From: Dehalococcoidia bacterium
GTDB lineage: Bacteria; Chloroflexota; Dehalococcoidia; Lucifugimonadales; UBA3495
DNA: 64,000 bases
Assembly: GCA_034428715.1 (NCBI GenBank)
Contig: DAOUHE010000290.1
Coordinates: 988-64,987, forward strand
Reading direction: 5' to 3'
The notes under the pieces: generated by a model
Told to the model about the DNA's origin: nothing
What the model saw: the letters and a program-made list of their open reading frames with translations, nothing else
Database searches by the model: none
Made by a program: the position numbers and the translations under genes
Part shown: in pieces, positions 26,638 through 36,334 of the stretch
Numbering within the stretch: the stretch's first letter is position 1
How the letters are laid out: every line of letters begins with the position of its first letter

Positions 26638-29199
26638 ATGGCTTCCACGCCTGCAACCGCCGCATCGTGGCTCCAGCCCTTCTTGAACATTCTCAAGCTG
26701 GAGGAGACCCACGGGTTTAACGACACCGCCGTCCTGGGCGGTTTAGACAAGTTCGTTCAACGCTGGTCTCAAGAGATGACGGCGCAGGCGAACAACGTCC
26801 GTTCGGCTCGCCGGCTGCTGGGCACTTCCTACGCCGCTCTATCCGCGGATGAACGGAAAACCTGGGCGGAACAGTGGCTGTCCATTTTGGCCGCCCACCC
26901 TGACCAAAAGCCGCCCACCGACGAGATAAAGACCAGCACGAAACCAAGCGCCAAGAACCTTAGCGCGGATAAACCCGTCCCTCCGAATGCTCAAGCGGCC
27001 CTGTCCAAAGAAACCTCGGCCAAAACCGCTGGCAAACCGGTCCGCCGGGATTTGCGCCAGCCGCCGGGCTCCCTTACCGTCGACGAGCCGGTGGACCGGC
27101 TGCGGGGCGTGGACACCAAGCTTTCGGCCCGGCTGAAGAAGCTGCACGTCACCACCATCCGCGAACTGCTCTACCTGTTCCCTCGCCGGCACCTAGATTA
27201 CTCGCAAGCCACCAAGATCGCCGACCTGGAGCCGGGCCAGGAATGCACGGTTGTGGCGACAGTGTGGGAGGCCCACGAGGTTTCCCGAGGTCCCAAGGGA
27301 CAGCGCAAAGACACCGAAGCTGTATTGAGCGATGAAACCGGCAACATCCGGGCCGTGTGGTTCGGTCAACGCTATCTGGCCAGAACATTGAAACCCAACT
27401 CCCGCGTCGCCGTCAGCGGCAAGACCAGCGTCTTCAACGGCCAGTTGGTTTTCCAATCGCCGGAATACGAGCTTCTAAACACCAATCAGGCGTCCATCCA
27501 CACCGGCAGATTCGTGCCCGTTTACCCATTGACCGAGGGTCTCACCGGGAGAAACGTCCGCCGTCTGGCGTGGCAGGCGTTGCAAGAGTGGCTGGGTGGC
27601 GTGGATGAGGTCCTGCCCGAAACCCTTTTGAACCGGACCCGGCTGATGCCGCTGCGGCAGGCGATTCAGCAGGCCCACTATCCCGATGGCCCGGACTCAT
27701 GGACCGAGGCCCGCCGAAGATTGGCCTTCGATGAACTCGTGACGCTTCAGCTGGCCGTGCTGTCGCGCCGGGATCAACAGCAGAAAGATATCAACGGAGT
27801 TCCTATCCACGCCGACAGCCAGGTGTTGGATGGTTTCTTGGATTCGCTGCCTTTCGATCTGACCGGCGCTCAGAAACGGTGCATCGATGAGATCTTTGGC
27901 GATATGGACCGGGGAACACCGCCCATGAACCGCCTGCTCCAGGGAGAAGTGGGCAGCGGCAAAACCGTGGTCGCCCTGGCTGCCTTGCTGGCCGTGGCTG
28001 CCGCCGGTTACCAAGGGGCCATCATGGTGCCCACCGAAGTGCTGGCGGAGCAACACTTCCAGACCATCACCCGGATTCTCGGCGGATTGGCCAGCCCCGT
28101 CAAGGAAGACAACCTGGTCACCTTTTACGTTGAACCCCTGGCCCGGCCGGTGTCGGTGGGCCTGCTGACCGGCAGCACCATAGCCGCCCGCAAGCGCGAA
28201 TTGACCAAGATGGCAGCGGCGGGAAGCCTGGACATCTTGATCGGCACCCAAGCGCTAATCCAAACGGGTGTGTCGCTGCCCCGGTTGGCCCTGGCCGTGG
28301 CCGACGAACAACACCGGTTCGGTGTTTTGCAACGGTCGGCGCTCAGACAGAAAAGCCAAGAGATCCCCCACACCCTGATCATGTCGGCTACGCCCATACC
28401 CCGCACCCTATCATTGACCCTCTTCGGAGACCTGGACATTTCCAACCTGGATGAGCTGCCGGCAGGCAGGCAGGAGATCGCCACCCGTTGGCTGCCCCCG
28501 GAACGCCGGAACGCCGCCTACGGTTTTGTGAGGAAGGAGGTACAGGCGGGCCGGCAGGGCTTTATCATCTGCCCCCTGGTGGAGGAGTCGGAGGTTATTG
28601 AGACCAAGGCGGCTACCGAAGAGTATCAGCGCCTGTCCCAAGACGTGTTTCCGGACTTGCACTTGGGCCTGCTCCACGGGCGGATGGCGGCCAAAGAAAA
28701 GGACCGCGTCATGCGTCAATTCCGGGACGGCGAGTTGGACTTGCTGATCTCCACGCCGGTGGTGGAAGTGGGCATCGACGTGGGCAACGCCACGGTGATG
28801 ATGATCGAAGGCGCCGACCGCTTCGGCCTGGCCCAGTTGCATCAATTCCGAGGCCGGGTCGGGCGGGGAGAACACAAGAGCTATTGCCTGTTGCTATCTG
28901 ACTCACCGTCGGAAGTGGCCCGGGAGCGGCTATCGGCACTGGAACGGATCCACGACGGTTTCCAGCTGGCCGAAGTTGACCTGGAATTACGCGGTCCCGG
29001 CGACTTCTTCGGAACCAGGCAAAGCGGGTTGCCCAACCTGCGAATGGCCAAGCTATCGGACAGGGATCTTTTGGAGTTGGCCCGGAAGGAAGCAGCGCGC
29101 ATCAAGGACGAAGACCCGGCGTTGTCGGAGCCGCGGCATGCCCCGCTGGCGGCCCAGGTTGCCCGGTTCCTGCGATTGGTCACCGACGAGGGCAGCTAG
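26638..29199 (+). CDS. recG: ATP-dependent DNA helicase RecG with an N-terminal extension of ~150 aa
   Basis: LTGAQKRCIDEI, LLQGEVGSGKTVVA, DEQHRFGV, and QLHQFRGRVGRG in the C-terminal helicase domain. Confidence 0.9.
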   Translation: MASTPATAASWLQPFLNILKLEETHGFNDTAVLGGLDKFVQRWSQEMTAQANNVRSARRLLGTSYAALSADERKTWAEQWLSILAAHPDQKPPTDEIKTSTKPSAKNLSADKPVPPNAQAALSKETSAKTAGKPVRRDLRQPPGSLTVDEPVDRLRGVDTKLSARLKKLHVTTIRELLYLFPRRHLDYSQATKIADLEPGQECTVVATVWEAHEVSRGPKGQRKDTEAVLSDETGNIRAVWFGQRYLARTLKPNSRVAVSGKTSVFNGQLVFQSPEYELLNTNQASIHTGRFVPVYPLTEGLTGRNVRRLAWQALQEWLGGVDEVLPETLLNRTRLMPLRQAIQQAHYPDGPDSWTEARRRLAFDELVTLQLAVLSRRDQQQKDINGVPIHADSQVLDGFLDSLPFDLTGAQKRCIDEIFGDMDRGTPPMNRLLQGEVGSGKTVVALAALLAVAAAGYQGAIMVPTEVLAEQHFQTITRILGGLASPVKEDNLVTFYVEPLARPVSVGLLTGSTIAARKRELTKMAAAGSLDILIGTQALIQTGVSLPRLALAVADEQHRFGVLQRSALRQKSQEIPHTLIMSATPIPRTLSLTLFGDLDISNLDELPAGRQEIATRWLPPERRNAAYGFVRKEVQAGRQGFIICPLVEESEVIETKAATEEYQRLSQDVFPDLHLGLLHGRMAAKEKDRVMRQFRDGELDLLISTPVVEVGIDVGNATVMMIEGADRFGLAQLHQFRGRVGRGEHKSYCLLLSDSPSEVARERLSALERIHDGFQLAEVDLELRGPGDFFGTRQSGLPNLRMAKLSDRDLLELARKEAARIKDEDPALSEPRHAPLAAQVARFLRLVTDEGS

Positions 29200-29873
29200 G
29201 AAGAGCTTTTAAAACGGTAACCCACGTTTCGAATCGTCTCGACGAAGGACCGTCCGGGGCCTTCGATCTTGGCTCGCAGGCGCCGCACGTGGACATCCAC
29301 CGTGCGGGTGCCTCCCAGATAGTCGTAACCCCAAACCTGGCTCAGCAACGCGTCTCTGGTGTACACATGCCCCGGATTGGAAGCCAACAGCACCAGCAAC
29401 TGGAACTCTTTGTAGGTAAGGGCAACCTTTCGGCCCGCCACCGTAACGTCGTACCGCTCCATGTCGATGGTCAATTCATCGCTGCGCAACAAATGATCGC
29501 CCATGGGGCCGTTGACCCGGAAAATGGCCTGTTTCACCCGGGCCGTCAACTCACCCGGCTTAAATGGACAAATCAAGACCTCGTCGGGATTCAGGCTGGG
29601 GTCGAATTGTTCCAGACTGTCGTGGTTAACGGCCGTCAACACCGGCATCTTGGAGTTTTTGCATTGGCCGATGATTCCCCGGGCTTGTGCCTGAGGAATG
29701 GAGTCCAAGTCTACGATCACCGCTTCGGTCTTTCCGTCCCCACCGGATTCTGGTGACTCATCCAGAGGCGGCCAATCGGGGCCCGTCAGGCAGATAAAAC
29801 CCGCCTGGTTTACAACCACTTGGAGAGGCGAGACCCCGTAAAGATGATTCGCCATAAGAAAAACGTTGTACAA
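29196..29873 (-). CDS. OmpR-family winged-helix regulator with a degenerate (pseudo-)receiver domain
   Basis: The C-terminus is LTYKEFQLLVLLASNPGHVYTRDALLSQVWGYDY...VDVHVRRLRAKIE...VGYRF. The receiver keeps VDLD, T and KP, but the N-terminal acidic pair is replaced (VVVNQAG). Confidence 0.7.
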   Translation of the reverse strand: MYNVFLMANHLYGVSPLQVVVNQAGFICLTGPDWPPLDESPESGGDGKTEAVIVDLDSIPQAQARGIIGQCKNSKMPVLTAVNHDSLEQFDPSLNPDEVLICPFKPGELTARVKQAIFRVNGPMGDHLLRSDELTIDMERYDVTVAGRKVALTYKEFQLLVLLASNPGHVYTRDALLSQVWGYDYLGGTRTVDVHVRRLRAKIEGPGRSFVETIRNVGYRFKSSS

Positions 29874-30118
29874 AACGCCGGCCGGACCGCACTCAGGATG
29901 ATTAGTCAGTATAACATCGGCGGGACCGGACTAGTTTCTGCCTGCATTTCCAAGGTGGCTCCTGAATGTGGGATGTCGCGGAAATTTCATTCCCAGAAAC
30001 GATATGTGATTGACGGAGTTGCGGCGCATATCTATCATGAAATCACGTCAACGGAAGATACCGCCCCCCGGTATCTTCCAGTCGTTTATCCTCCAATCGT
30101 TCGATAGGTGATGAATCC

Positions 30119-30913
30119 ATGACCACCAAGACCGTAGCCCGCAACCCCAGAGGCATTCGCAAGAAGATCCGCACCGGTGAGTGGCGCGGGGTCACGTCCG
30201 GGGTCGCGCCCGGCTTCGTCCAGGCAAACTTGGCCATCCTGCCCAGGGAACTGGCCTTCGATTTCTTGCTGTTTTGCCAACGCAATCCCAAGCCGTGCCC
30301 CCTCCTGGAAGTGATTGACGCTGGAGAGGTGGAGCCGGTAATCACCGCTCCCAAAGCCGATATACGCACCGACGTGCCCGGATACCGGATCTACCGGGAT
30401 GGCGAACTGACGGCGGAGGTGGATTCCCTGGTGGACCACTGGCAGGATGACCTAGTCTCTTTTTTGCTGGGATGCAGCTTCTCCTTCGAGACGGCGATGA
30501 CAGATGCAGGGATACCGCTAAGGCACCAGGAGATGGGCAGTAACGTCTCCATGTTCATCACCAACATTCCCACCCAACCGGCAGGGGTATTTTCCGGCCC
30601 AATGGTGGTGAGCATGAGACCGGTAAAGCGAGACCAGATCGTCCGGGCGGTGCAGGTAACCACCCGGTTTCCAGCAACCCACGGGGCCCCGGTCCACATA
30701 GGCGACCCTTCGAGCATCGGGATCAAAGACATCTACCAGCCCGATTTCGGCGATTCGGTGGAGATAAAACCGGGGGAAGAGCCGGTTTTCTGGGCCTGTG
30801 GGGTAACTTCTCAGGCGGTGGCTTTAACCTGCAAACCGCCGTTGATGATCACCCACTCACCCGGCAAAATGTTCATCACAGATCAGAGAGACGCAGATTA
30901 CGCGGTGCTTTAG
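30119..30913 (+). CDS. DUF1445 / UPF0317 putative hydro-lyase (D-glutamate-cyclase-type domain, YcsI-like)
   Basis: GVAPGFVQANLAILP...FLLFCQRNPKPCPLLEV...HGAPVHIGDP. Confidence 0.8.
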   Translation: MTTKTVARNPRGIRKKIRTGEWRGVTSGVAPGFVQANLAILPRELAFDFLLFCQRNPKPCPLLEVIDAGEVEPVITAPKADIRTDVPGYRIYRDGELTAEVDSLVDHWQDDLVSFLLGCSFSFETAMTDAGIPLRHQEMGSNVSMFITNIPTQPAGVFSGPMVVSMRPVKRDQIVRAVQVTTRFPATHGAPVHIGDPSSIGIKDIYQPDFGDSVEIKPGEEPVFWACGVTSQAVALTCKPPLMITHSPGKMFITDQRDADYAVL

Positions 30914-30916
30914 CCG

Positions 30917-30943
30917 TCAGCTTTCAGCGCTCAGCTATCAGCC
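30917..30943 (+). repeat. Heptamer microrepeat TCAGCnn x4
   Basis: tcagctt tcagcgc tcagcta tcagcc, immediately after the DUF1445 stop. Confidence 0.6.
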
Positions 30944-30985
30944 TTTGTCAAAGACGAAATGTCATGGCGAGCCAGCCTCGATTCA

Positions 30986-31024
30986 TGTCATGCTGAGCCA
31001 GCCGCCGCGGCGAAGCATCTGGGG
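30986..31024 (+). repeat. Repeat family B, long variant
   Basis: TGTCATGCTGAGCCAGCCGCCGCGGCGAAGCATCTGGGG. It matches the reverse complement of 37039..37078. A partial copy, TGTCATGGCGAGCCAGCC, lies just upstream. Confidence 0.75.
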
Positions 31025-31081
31025 CGGGACAGACCCCCAGCCATAAACATCACCAAATTTGAAAACCAGGTCAGGTAGAAA

Positions 31082-31981
31082 ATGCCGCCGATCGAATCGA
31101 TAGAAGACATCATCTTAGACCACGATAAACGGGGGGTGGCCGCGCTACGCCCGTACCTGCCGGTGGACTTTTGCACGAGGGCGGCCGAATACATCCTGGG
31201 AAACCCCGGCCATGTGCTCATCACCACCGGGTTTTACATCTTGATGTCGGGCCGCGCAGAGACCGACGGCCCCCCAGGGGCGCTGGCCATAGGCAACGCG
31301 CTACAAACCCTAGGCATGAAGGTCACCTACGTCAGCGATTCTTACGCCACCCCGGCCCTGCGTCAGATCGTCGGCAGCGATGCCGAGGTCATAGACTTCG
31401 CCGTGGCGGACCCCGAGGAAAGTATGCGAGCCGGGATCTGGCTGTTGGACCAATTAGACCCCGATCTGCTCCTTTCCATAGAGCGATGCTCGCGCAGCCG
31501 GGACGACACCTACCTGAACATGCGCTCGGTAGACATCAGCGATCAAACCGCCCGGCTGGACTACCTGTTCGAGTCGGACATACCATCGGTGGGCATCGGC
31601 GACGGCGGCAACGAGATCGGCATGGGCAACCTGGCCCAAATAATCCCCACCTTTGCCAGCCTGCCGCCCAATCCAGCCATAAGCAAGGTAGACCGCCTGG
31701 TGGTATCCAGCGTCTCCAACTGGGGCGGCTACGGTCTGGTGGCCGCCCTGTCCCTGCTAAAAGGCAAAAACATGCTCCCGACGGTAGACCATGAAACCAA
31801 ACTGATAGAACAACTGGTGGACGCAGGCCTGGTAGACGGCACCACCGGCGACGCCACCTACTACGTCGACGGCTTCACCACCGACGAGAACGGGGCGTTG
31901 TTGGAGCGGCTGCATCGGTTGGTGGAGAAGGAGTTGGGGCAGGGTTGGGGCGATGAAAGAAACCGGATTTTCCAAAAGTGA
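31082..31981 (+). CDS. DUF4392 domain protein (second domain type of animal D-glutamate cyclase)
   Basis: 299 aa. HVLITTGFYILMSGRAETDGPPGALAIGNAL and SVGIGDGGNEIGMGN. Confidence 0.7.
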   Translation: MPPIESIEDIILDHDKRGVAALRPYLPVDFCTRAAEYILGNPGHVLITTGFYILMSGRAETDGPPGALAIGNALQTLGMKVTYVSDSYATPALRQIVGSDAEVIDFAVADPEESMRAGIWLLDQLDPDLLLSIERCSRSRDDTYLNMRSVDISDQTARLDYLFESDIPSVGIGDGGNEIGMGNLAQIIPTFASLPPNPAISKVDRLVVSSVSNWGGYGLVAALSLLKGKNMLPTVDHETKLIEQLVDAGLVDGTTGDATYYVDGFTTDENGALLERLHRLVEKELGQGWGDERNRIFQK

Positions 31982-32630
31982 AGTTGAACGCTTGCTGACG
32001 TTCGAAGGGTATGGTAATAAGCAGGCGGCCTACTGGTTTCTTGGCATGGAGGAAGGCGGCGGCTCGATTGAACAACTGCGTAAACGGGCACAATCGTTTG
32101 AACCGGTAGAGGATCTGCAATCTGCCGTTAAGAAAATTGGCATTGACATCAAAAAATACTCCCCGACGTGGCGGGTTATATCGACCTTAACAATGGCAAT
32201 GCTAGGTAGGCTCGGATGGCGGGACAAATGTAGTGCCATCGAATATCAGGTCGACTCGCTGGGGCGTGCTCATGGGGATACTTTTCCGACAGAGTTGATG
32301 CCGCTGCCTTGCCCAAGGATAAACGATTGGCCGTACAAATCATTATTCAGGACCAAAGCCGAATACTTCTCTAAGATTCGACCCCGTCGGATCAAGTGGT
32401 TAAGGTCGGAGATTTCGACGATAAAGCCAGCCTTCGTTATTTGCTATGGGAAAGGTAATTGGAGACATCATCAAGAGATATTTAGCGACGTTGCATTCCA
32501 TGCCGAATTGAATGAGGAGATCCGCCTCGGTCGCCTCGGGCACAGCACGATTCTTCTGTTACCGTTTTTATCACCTGACCTCGTCAAAAGGCCGCTAATT
32601 GAGGAAATCGCCGAGTTGTTGGGACAGTAG
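31953..32630 (+). CDS. Hypothetical protein; motif order is possibly that of a uracil-DNA-glycosylase-like fold
   Basis: 225-aa ORF in a visibly AT-richer stretch, overlapping the upstream gene by 29 nt, so the start is uncertain. FLGMEEGGG ... ELMPLPCP ... FVICYGKGNW ... LLLPFLSP follow the order of UDG-superfamily motifs. The resemblance is weak. Confidence 0.4.
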   Translation: MKETGFSKSEVERLLTFEGYGNKQAAYWFLGMEEGGGSIEQLRKRAQSFEPVEDLQSAVKKIGIDIKKYSPTWRVISTLTMAMLGRLGWRDKCSAIEYQVDSLGRAHGDTFPTELMPLPCPRINDWPYKSLFRTKAEYFSKIRPRRIKWLRSEISTIKPAFVICYGKGNWRHHQEIFSDVAFHAELNEEIRLGRLGHSTILLLPFLSPDLVKRPLIEEIAELLGQ

Positions 32631-32690
32631 CATTTGGACAGGAAATAAGAAGCAAATTGATTTAGCGAAAAAGAACGACTCCCCCCCGTT

Positions 32691-32718
32691 GTCTCCCATT
32701 CGCGGGGAGACGGGTTTT
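32691..32718 (+). terminator. Weak intrinsic terminator candidate
   Basis: GTCTCCC-attcgcg-GGGAGAC hairpin followed by GGGTTTTCGG, downstream of 31953..32630. Confidence 0.35.
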
Positions 32719-32739
32719 CGGCTAGACACGGAGGCTTGC

Positions 32740-34758
32740 CTACTCCTCTACCCCAAACGAAGCGGGCGCCATGGTTTTTTCTTCTAGGGCTAGGAGGCGG
32801 CGGAGCTCGAAGATCTCGTCGCGGAACTGGGCTGCTTTTTCGAATTTTAGCTCGCGGGCGGCTTCCTTCATCTGGGTTTCCATGTCTTTGACCACTTTGA
32901 ACATGTCGGTCCGGGACATCTCCTCCCGCACCACGTTGTAGCGGCCCCGGTTCTCGGCGATGGCCTTGATGCCTTCGGTGATGTCGTGGACCTCTTTTTG
33001 GATGCTCCGGGGCACGATGCCGTGTTCTTCGTTGTATTCGTTCTGTATGCCCCGCCGCCGGTAGGTCTCGTTGATGGCCCGGTCCATCGAGTCGGTCCGT
33101 TTATCGGCGTACATGATCACGTGCCCGCTGGCGTGGCGGGCCGCCCGGCCGATGGTTTGGACCAGCGACGTGTCCGACCTCAAATAGCCCTCTTTATCAG
33201 CGTCCAAGATGGCCACCAGGCTCACCTCGGGCAGGTCCAGCCCCTCCCGCAACAGGTTGATGCCCACAATAACGTCATAGACCCCTAGGCGAAGGTCCCG
33301 CAGGATCTCCACCCGGTCCAGCGTCTGAACGTCTGAGTGCAGATAGTTGTTCCGGATACCCATCTCAGAAAGGTAGTCTGCCAATTCTTCGGCCATGCGC
33401 TTGGTCAGGGTAGTCACCAGGCAACGTTCGGCCCGATCAACCCTTTCCTTGATCCGCTGCAATAGGTCGTCAATCTGCCCTTCGGTGGGTTTGATCTCGA
33501 TGGTCGGGTCCAGCAGGCCCGTGGGGCGGATGACCTGCTCCACCGTCACTGCGGCGTGTTGGCCTTCATATGGCCCCGGCGTTGCCGAAACGTAGACCAC
33601 CTGGTTGATCCGCGACTCGTACTCCTCGAAATTCAAAGGCCTGTTATCCAGGGCTGAAGGCAGGCGGAACCCGAACTCCACCAGGGTCTTTTTTCTGGAA
33701 ATATCCCCGTGGTACATGCCCCGGACCTGGGGCAGGGTCATGTGGGACTCGTCGACAAACATCAGGAAGTCTTCCGGGAAATAGTCCAACAGGGTCCAGG
33801 GAGCGCTGCCGGCCGGCCGTTGCGATAGGTGACGTGCGTAGTTTTCCACCCCCGAGCAGAAACCGGTTTCCTGCAACATTTCCAGGTCGTAATGGGTACG
33901 GCTCTCCAGCCGGGCGGCTTCCAATACTTTTCCATCCTTACGAAGTAGACCCAAGCGTTCTTCCAGTTCCTCCTTGATGTCTACGATGGCCTTTTCAACC
34001 TTCTCCTTGGAGGTCACGAAGTGGTTGGCGGGGTAGATGGCCACCTCGGGCAGGTCGGCCAGCACTTCACCGGTCAGCGGGTCGACCTTGACGATGCGTT
34101 CCACCTCATCGCCGAAGAACTGGATACGCACGGCCGCATCCTCATAAGCGGGCACCAACTCCAACGTGTCGCCGCGGATGCGGAACTTGGCCCGGCTGAG
34201 GTCCATGTCGTTGCGCTCGTACTGCATGTCCACCAATTGGCGGACCAACCGGCTGCGGTTGCGGATCTCGCCGACGCTGACCTGGGCCACCAGGTTGAAA
34301 TAATCTTCTGGGTCGCCCAGACCGTAGATACAGGACACCGAGGCCACGATCAGCACGTCGCGCCGGGTCAACAACGAGGTGGTGGCGGAAAGGCGCAGTT
34401 TGTCCAGTTCCTCGTTGACGCTGGAGTCCTTTTCGATATAGGTGTCCGACTGGGGCACGTAAGCTTCCGGCTGGTAATAATCGTAGTAGGAGACGAAGTA
34501 TTCCACCGCGTTGTGGGGGAAGAATTCCTTGAACTCGGTGGCCAATTGGGCGGCCAGGGTTTTGTTGTGGGCCATCACCAGGGTGGGCCGCTGCACGTTC
34601 TGGACGATGTTGGCCATGGTGAAGGTCTTGCCGCTGCCGGTGACCCCCAACAAGGTCTGTTGGGTCAGGCCTTCCAGTACCCCGGCCGAAAGGCGTTCCA
34701 CGGCGCCGGGTTGGTCGCCGGTCATTTGATATTCTGCAACTAGCTGGAATTCAGGCAT
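32740..34758 (-). CDS. uvrB: Excinuclease ABC subunit B
   Basis: [16 protein letters not shown] ... the C-terminal UVR motif [15 protein letters not shown]. Confidence 0.95.
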   Translation of the reverse strand: MPEFQLVAEYQMTGDQPGAVERLSAGVLEGLTQQTLLGVTGSGKTFTMANIVQNVQRPTLVMAHNKTLAAQLATEFKEFFPHNAVEYFVSYYDYYQPEAYVPQSDTYIEKDSSVNEELDKLRLSATTSLLTRRDVLIVASVSCIYGLGDPEDYFNLVAQVSVGEIRNRSRLVRQLVDMQYERNDMDLSRAKFRIRGDTLELVPAYEDAAVRIQFFGDEVERIVKVDPLTGEVLADLPEVAIYPANHFVTSKEKVEKAIVDIKEELEERLGLLRKDGKVLEAARLESRTHYDLEMLQETGFCSGVENYARHLSQRPAGSAPWTLLDYFPEDFLMFVDESHMTLPQVRGMYHGDISRKKTLVEFGFRLPSALDNRPLNFEEYESRINQVVYVSATPGPYEGQHAAVTVEQVIRPTGLLDPTIEIKPTEGQIDDLLQRIKERVDRAERCLVTTLTKRMAEELADYLSEMGIRNNYLHSDVQTLDRVEILRDLRLGVYDVIVGINLLREGLDLPEVSLVAILDADKEGYLRSDTSLVQTIGRAARHASGHVIMYADKRTDSMDRAINETYRRRGIQNEYNEEHGIVPRSIQKEVHDITEGIKAIAENRGRYNVVREEMSRTDMFKVVKDMETQMKEAARELKFEKAAQFRDEIFELRRLLALEEKTMAPASFGVEE

Positions 34759-34761
34759 ATT

Positions 34762-35049
34762 TTAAAGCTCTGGCGGCAGGATACGGGTGCTATGAATCAC
34801 GGCAAGTACATCGATTTGGTCAGCATGCAACTGGTAAATCAGCCGAAACGGTGGCTCTAAAAACTCTCTAATATCCCGCACCTGGTATTCAGGCACCTCT
34901 CTCCCCATTAGCGGAAAAACAGCGATTTGTTCCGAACGGTCGATTAGTCTTTCAATGATCCTTTGGGCATATAATGGCGAATCTTTGGAAATTTGTTCGA
35001 ACAACGTGAGTAGGTGTTCAATCGCCGTGTTGGACCAGATCACCTTCAA
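34762..35049 (-). CDS. ParE/RelE-family toxin
   Basis: 95 aa. A 4-nt overlap links it to the upstream small gene. FRLIYQLHADQIDVLAVIHSTR is a typical C-terminus. Confidence 0.7.
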   Translation of the reverse strand: MKVIWSNTAIEHLLTLFEQISKDSPLYAQRIIERLIDRSEQIAVFPLMGREVPEYQVRDIREFLEPPFRLIYQLHADQIDVLAVIHSTRILPPEL

Positions 35050-35240
35050 GTCGAAAGGCCGAATCTCGCTCGAACTTCTTGTATATCCAGGGTACGTCCG
35101 GCGCCGGCGTCGGAAATTCCGGACTCGATTGCCTGCCGGACATATATTCGGTACATCAAGTCCTCCCAGGTTGCATCCTCAGGCAACTCTTCAATCAAAC
35201 GCCGGGCTTCTGTTTTAACGTTTGTCCTTTCCATGGTCAA
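35046..35240 (-). CDS. Small antitoxin-like protein
   Basis: 64 aa, acidic, translationally coupled to the ParE/RelE gene. Confidence 0.5.
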   Translation of the reverse strand: MTMERTNVKTEARRLIEELPEDATWEDLMYRIYVRQAIESGISDAGAGRTLDIQEVRARFGLST

Positions 35241-35257
35241 CCTCTAACGATAATGTT

Positions 35258-35614
35258 CTACAGCCAAAGGGCGTCGACAGGCACCAACCGCTGCTCAACC
35301 GGGTCAACCGCAAGCAAAAAGGCCTCCAGGGTATGTGCGCCAATCAACGCCGTAGCGTCTGGCGGTCCGAATATACAGATAATAGTCCGCCTAGCTCCAT
35401 CCAGTTCAGCCATTACCTCACCCATTTGGTGCTCCACCACCCGGCCATCCGCTAGCCGAAGGCGGGCGTTCCACTGCGGTACCACTCCCAGACTCGCCAG
35501 CATGGTCGCCGGCACCGACGAGAATGTCGCGCCGGTATCCACCAACCCGTCGAGCGTTTCGGTTCGATCGCTAACCGGAGATATCAAGGTTACGGGATGG
35601 CTAAATGTCCCCAC
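35258..35614 (-). CDS. Retropepsin-like (clan AA) aspartyl protease
   Basis: 118 aa. GLVDTGATFS carries the D-T-G active-site motif, and LIGAHTLE is the flap-like C-terminal motif. Confidence 0.65.
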   Translation of the reverse strand: MGTFSHPVTLISPVSDRTETLDGLVDTGATFSSVPATMLASLGVVPQWNARLRLADGRVVEHQMGEVMAELDGARRTIICIFGPPDATALIGAHTLEAFLLAVDPVEQRLVPVDALWL

Positions 35615-35733
35615 GTTTATTCCTTTCTGGAGACTGCAAAGACATAATTTATCTTAATGCCTGCCCTTCACGGCCCGTTCCACACCATATATCATACCAG
35701 CCGCCGGGATATCAGCCGACTGGCACGACGCCG

Positions 35734-36321
35734 TCATCCACCCGCCGCGCTCAGATGCTGTAGGGCTAGCCGGATCAGGTCTTCAAGGGTTGAATCTTCT
35801 GTGCGGTCCACGGCCGACAGGGCCCTTCTTGCCTCGGGAGTCGAGTACCCCAAGGCCGTCAACGCGGCGATGATCTCCGCCCCCTCGCTGAGAACGCCCA
35901 ACGATGGCTCCGCCTCGTCCAACTCCACTTTACCTTTGAGGTCCAGGATGATTCGGCTGGCCGTGCGCTGGCCCACACCGGGGGCGGCATTCAGCGCGGC
36001 CACGTCGGCGGTGGCGATGGCCTGGCGCAACCCCGGTGCTCCAAGGGACGATAACAAGGCCAGACCGATGCGGGGTCCCACTCCGGAGACACCCGTCAGC
36101 AGCAGGAATAGCTCCATGGATGCCGCTGAGGGAAAACCGTAGATGATGGGCTGCTCGTCGCGGATCCTCAAATGGGTGAACAGGCTAACCTTGCTTCCTT
36201 GTGGTCCCAGGTCATTGATCGCCGAGGTAGGCACAAATACCTGAAGCGTCACCCCGCCCAGGTTGATGTAGACCCAATCTTGACCAACGGTATCCAGAAT
36301 GCCCTGGACGCGAACGATCAC
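35734..36321 (-). CDS. ruvA: Holliday junction DNA helicase RuvA
   Basis: GVGPRIGLALLS and PGVGQRTASRI helix-hairpin-helix motifs; 195 aa. Confidence 0.9.
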   Translation of the reverse strand: MIVRVQGILDTVGQDWVYINLGGVTLQVFVPTSAINDLGPQGSKVSLFTHLRIRDEQPIIYGFPSAASMELFLLLTGVSGVGPRIGLALLSSLGAPGLRQAIATADVAALNAAPGVGQRTASRIILDLKGKVELDEAEPSLGVLSEGAEIIAALTALGYSTPEARRALSAVDRTEDSTLEDLIRLALQHLSAAGG

Positions 36322-36334
36322 CCGCTACCTCTCC

